The position numbers and the translations under genes are program-made. A stretch of 64,000 nt of DNA from assembly GCA_020343495.1 (NCBI GenBank), contig CP070797.1, positions 1,510-65,509 on the forward strand, given 5' to 3'. Source of the stretch: Candidatus Omnitrophota bacterium. Its GTDB lineage: Bacteria > Omnitrophota > Gorgyraeia > Duberdicusellales > 4484-171. Positions 42,650-52,517 of this stretch are shown here, in pieces (the first letter of the stretch is position 1; each line of letters opens with the position of its first letter). Under the pieces are notes generated by a model. It did no database searches, had not been told where the DNA came from, and saw only the letters and a list, made by a program, of their open reading frames with translations.

Positions 42650-43966
42650 CTAAAATTTTCCCAGCAAAACAGAGCCGTTTGTAAAAAACACACCGGCAAC
42701 AGCTGCTGTTAATAAACAGGCGAGGCTGGCAGCAACCAAAGCCCTGGGGCCTACCTTTGCTATCAGCTGCCTCTTAGCCGGTACAAGAGCAGCTACTCCC
42801 CCAACAAAAATAGCCATTGACGCAACGTGAGCAAACCCGCATAAAGCATAGGTTGCAATAACAGCTGACCTGCTCTCTGTTATCAGGCCCTTTCCTAAAA
42901 CAGCGGCTAAATCCTGGTACGCTGTCACTTCCGTCAAAACCAGCCGTTCTCCGATAATCTTAGAAATTATACCTGCGTCTTGCGGCGGTATGCCTAAAAT
43001 TAAAGTGAAGGGGTAGAAAATGTAGCCTAAAATTCCTTTTAACGACCAGTCAACCCCTAGACTAAAAACCGCGTTAATTTTAGAGCCTATGCCGCCGATA
43101 AACAAATCAAGCAACGCCACTAACCCTAATACCGCAATCAATAACGCAACAATACCGACAATTACTTTAACGCCGGTGTTGGCGCCGTTAATAACTGCCT
43201 CAAAAAAACTTGATTCTTTCTCATAATGAGGATGAATATTCTGGCCTAAAGTCTTGGGAGTATCTTTCTCCGGCAAGATAATTTTTGACATCATAACAGC
43301 AGCCGGCGCTGACAGAAGAGACGCTGAAATAAGGTGACCGGCTATGTTAGGAAACACATCCTTTAAACTAAAAACATAAATTGCTAAAACGTTGGAAGCA
43401 ACCGTAGCCATACCCGCGGTTAAAACCGTGCATAACTCCGAAGGCGTCATCTCTTTTAAATGAGGCCTGACTGTTAATGCCGATTCAATGCCGACAAAAA
43501 TGTTGCTGGCAGCAACCAACGATTCTGCGCCGGAAATTTTCATCAGCCGGCTGAATACGGAAGCAAACCACCTTATAATAACAGGCATAATGTTAAAGAA
43601 ATATAAAATTGACATTAACGCGGAAAAAAATATTATTGTAGGAAATGCCTGAAAGGCAAGAATAAACCCTAAAGAAGATTCTCCTGTCTGGCTGACTGCG
43701 CCCGGTGGCAGCGCTAACCTGCCGAAAATGAATTTTGACCCTGCTGATGCACAATCTAGGATTTTTATTACAAAATCGTTCATAAACAGAAATACTCTTG
43801 AGCCGGCAGGAAAAACAAAAAGGAATACCGCAATCCCCATCTGCAACGCCAGCGCCCACCCGATAAGGGGCCAGTTCATCTTCTTCTTACTGGAAGAGAA
43901 CAGCCAGGCAACGCCAATCAACACAAATATCCCTAAAAAACTAACCAGGTTATAAACCCCCATCAT
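42650..43966 (-). CDS. NupC/CNT-family nucleoside transporter
   Basis: About 438 aa and polytopic. Motifs GSKFIFG, AFQAFPTIIFFSALMSILYF, NEFVAY-like LTEVTAY. Confidence 0.8.
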   Translation of the reverse strand: MMGVYNLVSFLGIFVLIGVAWLFSSSKKKMNWPLIGWALALQMGIAVFLFVFPAGSRVFLFMNDFVIKILDCASAGSKFIFGRLALPPGAVSQTGESSLGFILAFQAFPTIIFFSALMSILYFFNIMPVIIRWFASVFSRLMKISGAESLVAASNIFVGIESALTVRPHLKEMTPSELCTVLTAGMATVASNVLAIYVFSLKDVFPNIAGHLISASLLSAPAAVMMSKIILPEKDTPKTLGQNIHPHYEKESSFFEAVINGANTGVKVIVGIVALLIAVLGLVALLDLFIGGIGSKINAVFSLGVDWSLKGILGYIFYPFTLILGIPPQDAGIISKIIGERLVLTEVTAYQDLAAVLGKGLITESRSAVIATYALCGFAHVASMAIFVGGVAALVPAKRQLIAKVGPRALVAASLACLLTAAVAGVFFTNGSVLLGKF

Positions 43967-44023
43967 CCCCTTTCCTTCAAATATACATTTTAAGCGCCGC
44001 TTGATTTGTATAATCAGGTATCT

Positions 44024-44434
44024 TTAATCGCCGTAAATAAGAGCAATTACTGCTCCCTCTAATAAACCAAAAACTAAAAAACTAATTATCCAATAACCTA
44101 TTACCGTGGGATTAATTACCGTAAACAGGCCTAACATAAAATTCCCTGGCAACGAGCATGCCAGCCACAGAAATAACCCGAATAAAAGGCCTCTGACCGC
44201 ACCTTTTCCCGGAATACCTTTATAAATAATCGCATATACCAGCACCAACAAAAATGCAGCGATAAAATTAGCAACGTTCATTAACATAAGCGGCATCTGC
44301 TCAACCGGCTTCCAAACTTCTGTAGGCATTAAACTATAAACCCAGTTAAACAACCACCCGCAAGTTAACCATGCCCAAACATTTGCCAAAACACCTACTA
44401 CAACAGTCGCCAACACAATCTTACCCCACTTCAT
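44024..44434 (-). CDS. Four-TM membrane protein of unknown function
   Basis: Hydrophobicity pattern only. Confidence 0.5.
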   Translation of the reverse strand: MKWGKIVLATVVVGVLANVWAWLTCGWLFNWVYSLMPTEVWKPVEQMPLMLMNVANFIAAFLLVLVYAIIYKGIPGKGAVRGLLFGLFLWLACSLPGNFMLGLFTVINPTVIGYWIISFLVFGLLEGAVIALIYGD

Positions 44435-44468
44435 AACAACACCTCCTTTTTAAAGTAAACCTTACCCC

Positions 44469-45659
44469 TCAAACAAACATTCTCTTATCTGCCAGATACT
44501 CTTTCTGGACATTCAATACCTCTGTCAACTGTTCCTGCTTTACAAACCCAAGCTCTTTTAAAATTTCTCCTAACATAATCCCTCTCTTCCAATGAATCTT
44601 TAAAACATCTTCAAGCTGCTGGAAAGAAATAATCTTTCTCTCAACCAAAAGCTGGCCTATCGGCCGGTAAGAATTCAGTTCTTCTTTTTTATAAACGTGC
44701 GGGCCGGCGCCTTTACTCTTTACGCCGTTCCTGCGGTCATCCATAAATTTGCTCCCCTCTATATTTTTAAGGTACTGCTTAATTTCAACAATCCGCTCGT
44801 TTATCTCTATAAAATTCTTAAAGTCGGCAGAATCTTTTCTGCTTACCACGGCAATTGATACGCTCATTAACGCAAGCTTTTTTAACTTATGTGTCCTGTC
44901 TCTGGCTACAATAAAGCCCTGTTTCCTATCTTGCAGGGAATAATGAAAAGGAATTATTTTATCAAACATAAGTATAAACTGCTGACATATTTGCTCTTTC
45001 TTATCCGGGGTGGTAATAAACACAAAATCATCGCCGCCGATATGTCCTATAAAGTCATCGGGGTTGCCGAATTTCTTTATAACTCTATAGAGAATGTAAG
45101 CGCTCTGCATAATTACGCGGTCACCTTTTAAATAGCCGTAAACGTCATTGAAATATTTAAACCTGTCTATATCAACGTACCCGAAAGAAAAAGGCGTATT
45201 CTTTTTAACTTTTTCGCCGACAATCTCTTCAATAAGCCTTGCTCCCGGCAGGCCGGTTAATGGTGTAGCGTAAAAACTGTATTGCGACCTTTTTATCGCC
45301 ATCTCTACCCTGATTCTTAAATCAAGAGGGTCAGGCGGTTTTATTAAATAGTCGTCTACTCCCTGTTTAAGGTTTAGCAGATGCGACCTTAACTGCCTCT
45401 TATTTATAAGGGTAATTACCGGTATGAAAGAAGTGGTAAAATCGTCTTTGAGCAGCTGGCATATGTGCAGCTGGTTGCGGTGCGCTGAATACACGTCGGC
45501 GACAATAACGTTAGGAGAAATTTTTTTGATAGGCGTTATATCGTGGACCGGCGCCTCCCATAAGAAAACCTCATATCCCCAGCCGTCAAAACAAAAATTT
45601 AATACGTCTTTTAAATTCTTATCCGAAGATATGATTAGAATTTTCTTTACTTTATCCAT
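44469..45659 (-). CDS. REC-like + GGDEF (GGDDF variant) + C-terminal MshEN/T2SSE_N-like domain
   Basis: - REC: ILIISSD...VIVADV...DDYLIKP.
- GGDEF: LTGLPG...VDIDRFKYFNDVYGYLKGDRV...HIGGDDFVFI.
- C-terminus: PIGQLLVERKIISFQQLEDVLKIH and MLGEILKELGFVKQEQLTEVLNVQ. Both fit the tandem 24-residue MshEN motif. Confidence 0.75.
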   Translation of the reverse strand: MDKVKKILIISSDKNLKDVLNFCFDGWGYEVFLWEAPVHDITPIKKISPNVIVADVYSAHRNQLHICQLLKDDFTTSFIPVITLINKRQLRSHLLNLKQGVDDYLIKPPDPLDLRIRVEMAIKRSQYSFYATPLTGLPGARLIEEIVGEKVKKNTPFSFGYVDIDRFKYFNDVYGYLKGDRVIMQSAYILYRVIKKFGNPDDFIGHIGGDDFVFITTPDKKEQICQQFILMFDKIIPFHYSLQDRKQGFIVARDRTHKLKKLALMSVSIAVVSRKDSADFKNFIEINERIVEIKQYLKNIEGSKFMDDRRNGVKSKGAGPHVYKKEELNSYRPIGQLLVERKIISFQQLEDVLKIHWKRGIMLGEILKELGFVKQEQLTEVLNVQKEYLADKRMFV

Positions 45660-45688
45660 CTATCTCCGAGAGCTAACCCTTCAACGAA

Positions 45689-47905
45689 TTAAAGACGGGA
45701 CGTCAATATCTGATAAAACTTGTCATTCTTATTACAAGACAACACTTTCTCACGGTTTTCTTTATCCATAAAAAACTTTGAAATTTCAGCCATAAACTGT
45801 AAATACGGTTTTGACGACTTTACCGGCGATACTGTAAGAATAAATATTTTGGATAACTGTTTATCCAGAGAATCAAAATCTAAGCCTTCCTTCTTTAACC
45901 CGATAGCGCAAATAGGCTTATTAACAGCTTCTGATTTAGCGTGAGGCAAAGCAATACCGTCCTGCATACCGGTAGACATGGTTGTTTCCCGGTCAAGTAA
46001 GTCTGCCAAAGCCTGCTTTCGTTTTGAAGGAATAAGCTGGCCTGCTCTGATTAAAATATCTAAGAGTTCCTCAATGATTGCCTGTTTGTTCGTCCCTTTA
46101 AGGACAACCTCAACCGCTAACGGCGAAACTACCTGCGTGATTTTTAGTTTTTCAACAGGCACGCCGTTTCCGGCATCAAAAATCTTTCTGCCAATTTTTT
46201 CTTTGTCAGTGAGGGTCTGTAAATGTTTCATTGTGCGTTCAAGGTCAGCTAACACTTCATAAAAAAGCGTGCGGACAAACGCTTCGTCTCTTTCTAAACA
46301 ATCAAACACTAACTTTTCCGGAGTAAATTTCATGGCGATGAACGTCTGTTCCTTACGAATCTGATAAAGGTTTTGTTCCATATCCAGGAGGTGAACAAAA
46401 AACCCTTCATTCTCAAAATCGGCAATTACGTTGCCTAAAATAAGCTTTGCCGTTTCAGGGTTAGGCATGCCGTAGACAATGTGTTTATACTCTTTCCTAA
46501 CGGGTTTCTGGCGCCTTAGGCCGGACTCTTCATCAAGGGCCTTAGCCAACAGAGGAGGGGCAAAAATCGTGGTTACAAACGTCATAATAATAGCGATAGC
46601 AAACGCGTCATGGCCTAAAAACCCCATGGAAAGGCCTATCCCTGCAATAATTAAAGCTACTTCTCCCCGGGGAATCATTCCCAGCCCCACTCTTAAAGCG
46701 CCTCTTAAATTAAAATTCAAGAAAAGAGCCGGCACACTACAGCCCAAAACCTTTCCTAAGATGGCAACGACTACATAAATCATCCCAAAGATAACAATCT
46801 TTCCAGACGCTATTTCACCAAAGTTAACCAGCATTCCCATCACACAGAAGAAAATAGGGACAAAGAATCTATAAAGAATATTTAAGTTCTCCTGAATAAC
46901 AAAAGAAAGGTCGGTCTTAGACAAAGAAAGCCCCATAACGTAGGCACCGATAATTAATGCAAGCCCGGACCTCTCAAACACTCCTGCCAACAACATCGCC
47001 AGGGCAAAACTCATAACAGCTATGGTTGCTTTATCTCTGAACTTTTTCAAGAAGTCGCTTAAGTAGCGAGAAGAGTATAACCCCAAGGCAGTCAGCCCAA
47101 GCCATATACCAATGGCTTTAAGAGAAATTAACCCCACCTGTTTCCAAGCAACGTGGCCGCTTTTAATAATGCCGATAACTACGGCAAGAAGCACGATACC
47201 GAGCACATCATCTATAACCGCGCCCGATAAAATAGTTACTCCTTCGGCAGAATCCATCTTCTTTCTTTCAGAAAGAATTCTTGCGCTAATACCTACGGAG
47301 GTAGCAGTGGATATCACTCCCAGAAATAAGGGAATAGGATGGGTAAACCCGTAATGCAGGCCAAAGACGTATTTTGAAAAAACAACTGCTGCTAAATCGC
47401 CTAAAATGAAACTGACAACCACTCCTCCAATACCTACTACTGAACCTGCCAGGGAAAAACTTAAGAAAGTCTCTATATTGGTTTCCAGGCCAACAAGAAA
47501 AAGAAGCACGATAGAGGCTATTGTAGCAAAACTATACAGCTCGCTGGATACAGGAAACCCTTCTTTAAAGGGGAACAACCCTGCCTCCAAGCCCGGTAAA
47601 GAAATCCCGCCTAACAAATAAGGCCCTATGATAATCCCGGCAACCAACTCTCCTAAAACCGCCGGTAAATGAATCTTCTCAAAAATCCTGCCACCCAGGC
47701 GCGCGGCAAAAAGGATTACGCTCAACTGAAAAACCAGAATCGCCATTTTGCCGACCAAATCTGACTCAAATCCCCCTGCCTGAGCGTAAAGGTTAAAAAA
47801 GGGAGTAATTAAGAGAAAAGCTAATAGTATAAAGGCAAATTTCTGCCGGGGCGCTTTCTTAATCAAGGAGAAAAAATCTCTTATTTTGACTGCATATTTC
47901 TTCAT
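45689..47905 (-). CDS. CPA2 (Kef-type) cation:proton antiporter fused to a PTS EIIA(Ntr/Fru)-type domain
   Basis: About 12 TM with LPAVLGELVAGIIIGP. C-terminal EIIA_2-like region: STGMQDGIALPHAKSEAVNKPICAIGL. Confidence 0.8.
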   Translation of the reverse strand: MKKYAVKIRDFFSLIKKAPRQKFAFILLAFLLITPFFNLYAQAGGFESDLVGKMAILVFQLSVILFAARLGGRIFEKIHLPAVLGELVAGIIIGPYLLGGISLPGLEAGLFPFKEGFPVSSELYSFATIASIVLLFLVGLETNIETFLSFSLAGSVVGIGGVVVSFILGDLAAVVFSKYVFGLHYGFTHPIPLFLGVISTATSVGISARILSERKKMDSAEGVTILSGAVIDDVLGIVLLAVVIGIIKSGHVAWKQVGLISLKAIGIWLGLTALGLYSSRYLSDFLKKFRDKATIAVMSFALAMLLAGVFERSGLALIIGAYVMGLSLSKTDLSFVIQENLNILYRFFVPIFFCVMGMLVNFGEIASGKIVIFGMIYVVVAILGKVLGCSVPALFLNFNLRGALRVGLGMIPRGEVALIIAGIGLSMGFLGHDAFAIAIIMTFVTTIFAPPLLAKALDEESGLRRQKPVRKEYKHIVYGMPNPETAKLILGNVIADFENEGFFVHLLDMEQNLYQIRKEQTFIAMKFTPEKLVFDCLERDEAFVRTLFYEVLADLERTMKHLQTLTDKEKIGRKIFDAGNGVPVEKLKITQVVSPLAVEVVLKGTNKQAIIEELLDILIRAGQLIPSKRKQALADLLDRETTMSTGMQDGIALPHAKSEAVNKPICAIGLKKEGLDFDSLDKQLSKIFILTVSPVKSSKPYLQFMAEISKFFMDKENREKVLSCNKNDKFYQILTSRL

Positions 47906-47937
47906 ATAGACCTATTTTAACCTTCTTTTTTATTCCG

Positions 47938-48408
47938 TCAATATTGTTGTTCTGCCTCTAAAAACTTAGCTAAATCCTGGTAAACGAATTTCTCCTGTTG
48001 AGGCGTAAACCCAACTAGAGGGTGTTTATCTTCCACTAACCTGACCGCATCAGCAATACTGCTGCCACTATCTGCCAAGACAGCTACTGCTACTAACGGC
48101 GCGCGGCCGCAGCTGTTCTGACAATGCAGAAGAACCTTCTTATTATTCCTTAATAAGGGCCTAACAAATTCCATTATTTGCCTAAGTTGCGAAAAAGTAG
48201 GCGCGTAACAGTCATCTATATCAACATGCAGAAACGCTATACTGTTATCCTTAATAAGCCGGGCGTCATCGCAATCTTCCGACCTTAAATCTACGATGGC
48301 GGCAATTGCCTCCCTTTTTATATAACCAATGTCTCCAGATAAAAAGGCCCCGCTTACAGCAATCTGATCAGTAATCCAGCTGATACTAACCATCTTTCTT
48401 CTATTCAA
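47938..48408 (-). CDS. Dual-specificity/Cys-based protein phosphatase
   Basis: CX5R loop VLLHCQNSCGRAP. Confidence 0.75.
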   Translation of the reverse strand: MNRRKMVSISWITDQIAVSGAFLSGDIGYIKREAIAAIVDLRSEDCDDARLIKDNSIAFLHVDIDDCYAPTFSQLRQIMEFVRPLLRNNKKVLLHCQNSCGRAPLVAVAVLADSGSSIADAVRLVEDKHPLVGFTPQQEKFVYQDLAKFLEAEQQY

Positions 48409-48809
48409 TACCTATTGAAATAATGAAATCTGATTACTCTTCCTTCGTCAAAAGCTTTTCTTATCTTTTTCTTAATATAAACTTTTATTAAATCCCTGAA
48501 AAAAGGTATAAGTAAAAACAACCCCACTAAATCCGTGAGTACTCCCGGCGTAATAAGAAGCAGGCCCCCGCAAAGAATCAATAAGGCGTCAAACAAAGCA
48601 TCTTGCGGCATAACGCCTGCTGCCAAATCCTGGTTTATCCTGTTAAAAACTTTCAATCCTTGAGACCTTGCTAACATAGCGCCGCCGGCACCGGTTATAA
48701 CTACAATAGCTATAGTAAGGGAAGCGCCGATAACCTGGCCTATTTTTATAAGTAAGGCAAGCTCAAGAAGAGGAACCGTTGTAAACAATAAAATTAGATA
48801 ACCTAACAT
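48405..48809 (-). CDS. fxsA: FxsA family membrane protein
   Basis: LLELALLIKIGQVIG...GAGGAMLARSQG...PGVLTDLVGLFLLIP. Confidence 0.8.
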   Translation of the reverse strand: MLGYLILLFTTVPLLELALLIKIGQVIGASLTIAIVVITGAGGAMLARSQGLKVFNRINQDLAAGVMPQDALFDALLILCGGLLLITPGVLTDLVGLFLLIPFFRDLIKVYIKKKIRKAFDEGRVIRFHYFNRY

Positions 48810-48863
48810 ATTAATAAACTCCTTCTCTTTTTTCTCCTTCTTAAAACAGTTTGGTTGGCAGAT

Positions 48864-49571
48864 TTACTTTTTTATCTTTCTAACCTCGTATGCCAGCACT
48901 ATAGCTTGGGCAATCTCTTTCATGGAAACACGCCTATCCATACTTGACTTCCTAATTAAGGTATAGGCTTCTTCTTCGCTAATACCCTGTTCTTTCATCA
49001 ATATCCCTTTTGCTCTCTCAACTTTTTTACGCGCCGCCAGTTCCTCCTGAATTACCCTGGTTTTAACCATAAGCCTGGTGTTTTCTATTGCCACGGCAGC
49101 CTGGTTTGCTACCGCGCTTAACAAATCTATATCGCTCTTTGTAAATTTGTAAGGGGCGACGGTGTAACAATTAATCACTCCATATACGTTTTTTTTTATC
49201 ATCATAGGCGCACTAAGCATTGAAACTAACCCTTCCTTCCTTGCTAGCATCTTCTCTTTATACTTCTTATCCTTCAGGACGTCGCAAATTACTATGGGCT
49301 TTTTTTCTTTAGCTACCAGGCCGACAATTCCCTCGCCTAACTTTATCGTTCTTTCCTTAAGGTAATCTTTGCTCATTGCCTGGGTTGCTCTAATTTTTAA
49401 TTCTTTACTTTTCTCGTCTATAAGCCAGAGAGAACATATCTTTGCTCTCATAACATTCGCAGTTAAAGTAACTATGAGTTTGAGAACATCCTCAATATAC
49501 AAATCAGAAGTTATCGCATTGCTTATTTTATTTAATGCCGTAATATACTCTTTATAAGAGAATTTTTTCAT
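48864..49571 (-). CDS. GAF + ANTAR RNA-binding antiterminator-type regulator
   Basis: GAF: ICSLWLIDEKSKELKIRA...GEGIVG. ANTAR: ELAARKKVERAKGILMKEQGISEEEAYTLIRKSSMDRRVSMKEIAQAIV. Confidence 0.85.
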   Translation of the reverse strand: MKKFSYKEYITALNKISNAITSDLYIEDVLKLIVTLTANVMRAKICSLWLIDEKSKELKIRATQAMSKDYLKERTIKLGEGIVGLVAKEKKPIVICDVLKDKKYKEKMLARKEGLVSMLSAPMMIKKNVYGVINCYTVAPYKFTKSDIDLLSAVANQAAVAIENTRLMVKTRVIQEELAARKKVERAKGILMKEQGISEEEAYTLIRKSSMDRRVSMKEIAQAIVLAYEVRKIKK

Positions 49572-49631
49572 AATTATTTTTAGGAAATTAGATTTTAAGA
49601 AACAAAAAGAGAAATATCAGTTGCCTTGCGT

Positions 49632-51008
49632 CTATAAAACTGGCAGATATGCCGTTATCTCATAATTATGAACTTGTTTTCTATATTCGTCCCACTCAAT
49701 TTTTTTACTCATAATAAGGTTGCTAAAAATATGCTCCCCTAAAGTTTCTCTAAGAAACTTGCTGTTTTCAGAAATCTCAATTGCTTCAATCAGACTTCCC
49801 GGAAGGCAGTCAATACCGAAATCTTTCATTTCTTGGGGAGTAAGGTTATAAACGTCCCGTTCCAAAGGTTGCCCCAGAGAATAATTTTGGTTTATTCCTT
49901 TTAGACCGGCAGCAAGCATACAAGCAAAGGCCAAATAGGGGTTACACGCCGGGTCCGGGGAACGGAACTCAACCCTGGTTGCTTTCTCTTTGCCGGGTTT
50001 ATACATCGGGACCCTTACTAAAGCGCTTCTGTTACGGCTTCCCCAGCATATATAAACAGGTGCTTCGTAACCGGGAACAAGCCGTTTATAAGAATTTACC
50101 CATTGGTTACATACCAGGGTTATTTCTCTGGCATGCCGCAGTATCCCTGCTATGTAAGCCTTGCCTTTATCAGACAAATGATACTTATCATTCTCATCAA
50201 AAAAGATGTTACTCTTGCCGTCAAACAAAGACTGATGAGTGTGCATTCCCGACCCATTTACCCCGAACACCGGCTTTGGCATAAATGTTGCGTAAAGCCC
50301 GTGTTTTTGCGCGACTTCTTTCACAACCATTCTATACAACATAACAATATCTGCCATTGTTATTGCATCGGTATAGCGTAAATCAATCTCATGCTGAGAA
50401 GGCGCAACTTCATGATGAGAATACTCTACCTGAATCCCCATCTGTTCTAAAGTCAAAATAATTTCACGCCTTACTTCGTTTCCCGCATCTAACGTAGTAA
50501 TATCAAAATAACCGCCTTCATCTAAAATCTGGGTGGATTTTTCGTCTTTAAAGATAAAAAATTCCAGCTCCGGCCCGATATAAAAAGTAAGCCCTTCCTC
50601 TTTTGCTTTACCTAATACTTTCTTTAAGATATACCGTGAATCGCCCTGGTAAGGAGTCCTGTCCGGATTCAGGATATCACAAAGCATTCCTGCAACTGCC
50701 TTTTCTTTCTCGTGATACGGCAAAATAATAAATGTAGTGGGGTCGGGCATAGCAATCATATCTGACTCATCAATCCGGGCGAACCCTTTGATAGAAGAGC
50801 CGTCAAACCCCATGCCGTCTTCCAGGGCGTCTTCTAATTCTTGACGCGTAATGGAGAACCCTTTCATTTGTCCGGTAATGTCGGCAAACCACAACCTTAC
50901 AAATTTAACGTCTTTTTCTTTAGCGATTTTTAAAACATCTTTTCTCGTCAAATTTTTATCGTTCATACCCTCTCCTTTCTTTCCTAAAAAGTTACTAATA
51001 AACTTCAT
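49632..51008 (-). CDS. glnA: Glutamine synthetase type I
   Basis: FMPKPVFGVNGSGMHTHQSL and NRSALVRVP. The likely true start is ATG at 50964-50966 (MNDKNLTRKDV...), preceded by AAAGGAGAGGGT. The track start at 51008 adds 14 aa. Confidence 0.9.
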   Translation of the reverse strand: MKFISNFLGKKGEGMNDKNLTRKDVLKIAKEKDVKFVRLWFADITGQMKGFSITRQELEDALEDGMGFDGSSIKGFARIDESDMIAMPDPTTFIILPYHEKEKAVAGMLCDILNPDRTPYQGDSRYILKKVLGKAKEEGLTFYIGPELEFFIFKDEKSTQILDEGGYFDITTLDAGNEVRREIILTLEQMGIQVEYSHHEVAPSQHEIDLRYTDAITMADIVMLYRMVVKEVAQKHGLYATFMPKPVFGVNGSGMHTHQSLFDGKSNIFFDENDKYHLSDKGKAYIAGILRHAREITLVCNQWVNSYKRLVPGYEAPVYICWGSRNRSALVRVPMYKPGKEKATRVEFRSPDPACNPYLAFACMLAAGLKGINQNYSLGQPLERDVYNLTPQEMKDFGIDCLPGSLIEAIEISENSKFLRETLGEHIFSNLIMSKKIEWDEYRKQVHNYEITAYLPVL

Positions 51009-51169
51009 ATTAAATATTTTATATAACAGTTTCTATTCTAACAGGGTTTTTTTGTTAAATCAACAGGATAAAACCATACTTAAATATGCTTATTTTAACA
51101 AAAAAAATAAAGGCAGGCTAGCGACTATCTTATCTTGGAAATATATTACTTAATAATTTTTATATCTTA

Positions 51170-52498
51170 TCAAACTACTCCCTGCTCCAGCATGGCATCA
51201 GCAACCTTCACAAACCCGCCGATATTGGCGCCGTTGACGTAATTAACGAAGCTTTCTTGCCTGCCGTACTTAACACAGCTATCGTGTATTCTAACCATAA
51301 TTTGTTGAAGCTTCTCGTCTACTTCTTCGCTGCTCCAGGATAACCTCTGGCTGTTCTGGCTCATTTCTAAACCGCTTACAGAAACCCCGCCGGCATTAGC
51401 AGCTTTGCCCGGGCCGTAAAGAACCTGTTGTTTCAAAAATACGTTTACTGCCTCGGGAGTGCTTGGCATATTTGCTCCTTCAGAAACGCAAATGCATCCG
51501 CCTTTAACAAGGGTTTGGGCGTCTTTAGCGTCAATCTCATTCTGGGTAGCTGAAGGAAAAGCAACATTACACTCTATAGACCAGGGCCTCCTTCCTTCAA
51601 AATATTTACAGTTATACTTCTGGGCATATTCTTTGATTCTGCCGCGCCTTAGATTTTTCAACTCTTTAACAAACTCTAACTTCTGCTCAGAAATGCCTTG
51701 GGAGTCGTAAATAAATCCTCCTGAATCAGACAACGTAACACACTTGCCTCCTAACTGATTTACCTTTTCCACTGTATACTGGGCAACATTTCCCGAACCG
51801 GACACTGCACATACTTTACCGTTAAGGGATTCTCCCCTGGTTTTTAACATTTCCTGGGCAAAATATACACAGCCGTAGCCGGTTGCTTGCGGCCGAATCA
51901 AACTGCCGCCCCAGTTAAGCCCTTTACCGGTAAGAACGCCGCTAAATTCATTGCGCAACCGTTTATACTGCCCAAACAAATACCCGATTTCACGGCTGCC
52001 TACGCCGATATCGCCGGCGGGAACGTCTGTGTCCGGGCCGATGTGCCGCTGTAATTCCGTCATAAAACTCTGGCAGAATTTCATCACTTCGTTATCGGAC
52101 TTTCCCTTAGGGTCAAAATTAGCCCCTCCCTTGCCTCCTCCCATGGGAAGCGTAGTTAAACTATTCTTAAAGACCTGCTCAAACGCCAGGAACTTTAAAA
52201 TACTTAAATTCACACTGGGATGAAACCGCAAGCCCCCTTTATACGGCCCGATAGCACTGTTCATTTCAATACGGTAACCTCTGTTTACCTGAATTTGGCC
52301 TTTATCGTCTATCCAGGGGACACGAAACATAATCACTCTCTCCGGCTCCACCAGGCGCTCTAATATGTTAGCCTCCTGATACTTAGGGTTTGCTTTGATA
52401 AACGGTATTACTGACGATACCACTTCATTAACTGCCTGATGGAACTCAACTTCCCCGGGATTTCTTTCAACGACCTTTTTCATAAATTGTTGCGGCAT
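51170..52498 (-). CDS. gdhA: NADP-type glutamate dehydrogenase
   Basis: [43 protein letters not shown]. Confidence 0.9.
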   Translation of the reverse strand: MPQQFMKKVVERNPGEVEFHQAVNEVVSSVIPFIKANPKYQEANILERLVEPERVIMFRVPWIDDKGQIQVNRGYRIEMNSAIGPYKGGLRFHPSVNLSILKFLAFEQVFKNSLTTLPMGGGKGGANFDPKGKSDNEVMKFCQSFMTELQRHIGPDTDVPAGDIGVGSREIGYLFGQYKRLRNEFSGVLTGKGLNWGGSLIRPQATGYGCVYFAQEMLKTRGESLNGKVCAVSGSGNVAQYTVEKVNQLGGKCVTLSDSGGFIYDSQGISEQKLEFVKELKNLRRGRIKEYAQKYNCKYFEGRRPWSIECNVAFPSATQNEIDAKDAQTLVKGGCICVSEGANMPSTPEAVNVFLKQQVLYGPGKAANAGGVSVSGLEMSQNSQRLSWSSEEVDEKLQQIMVRIHDSCVKYGRQESFVNYVNGANIGGFVKVADAMLEQGVV

Positions 52499-52517
52499 AC
52501 TACCCTCCTTGTTTTAC

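Noticed and set aside
43593-43859. 88-aa minus-strand ORF overlapping the NupC-family gene. The same applies to 56340-56546 within pcm, and to the plus-strand ORFs inside other CDS from 25074 to 63632.
   Set aside because: They are embedded in well-supported genes in other frames or on the other strand, and no motifs support them.
51098-51130. T8 tract downstream of gdhA as an intrinsic terminator, and ANTAR-type hairpins in the glnA leader (51009-51169)
   Set aside because: I could not find a convincing stem immediately 5' of the U-tract; only GCTAGC and weak AU pairings are present. The leader hairpins I could draw are 3-4-bp AU-rich stems. This is left open for computational folding rather than called.
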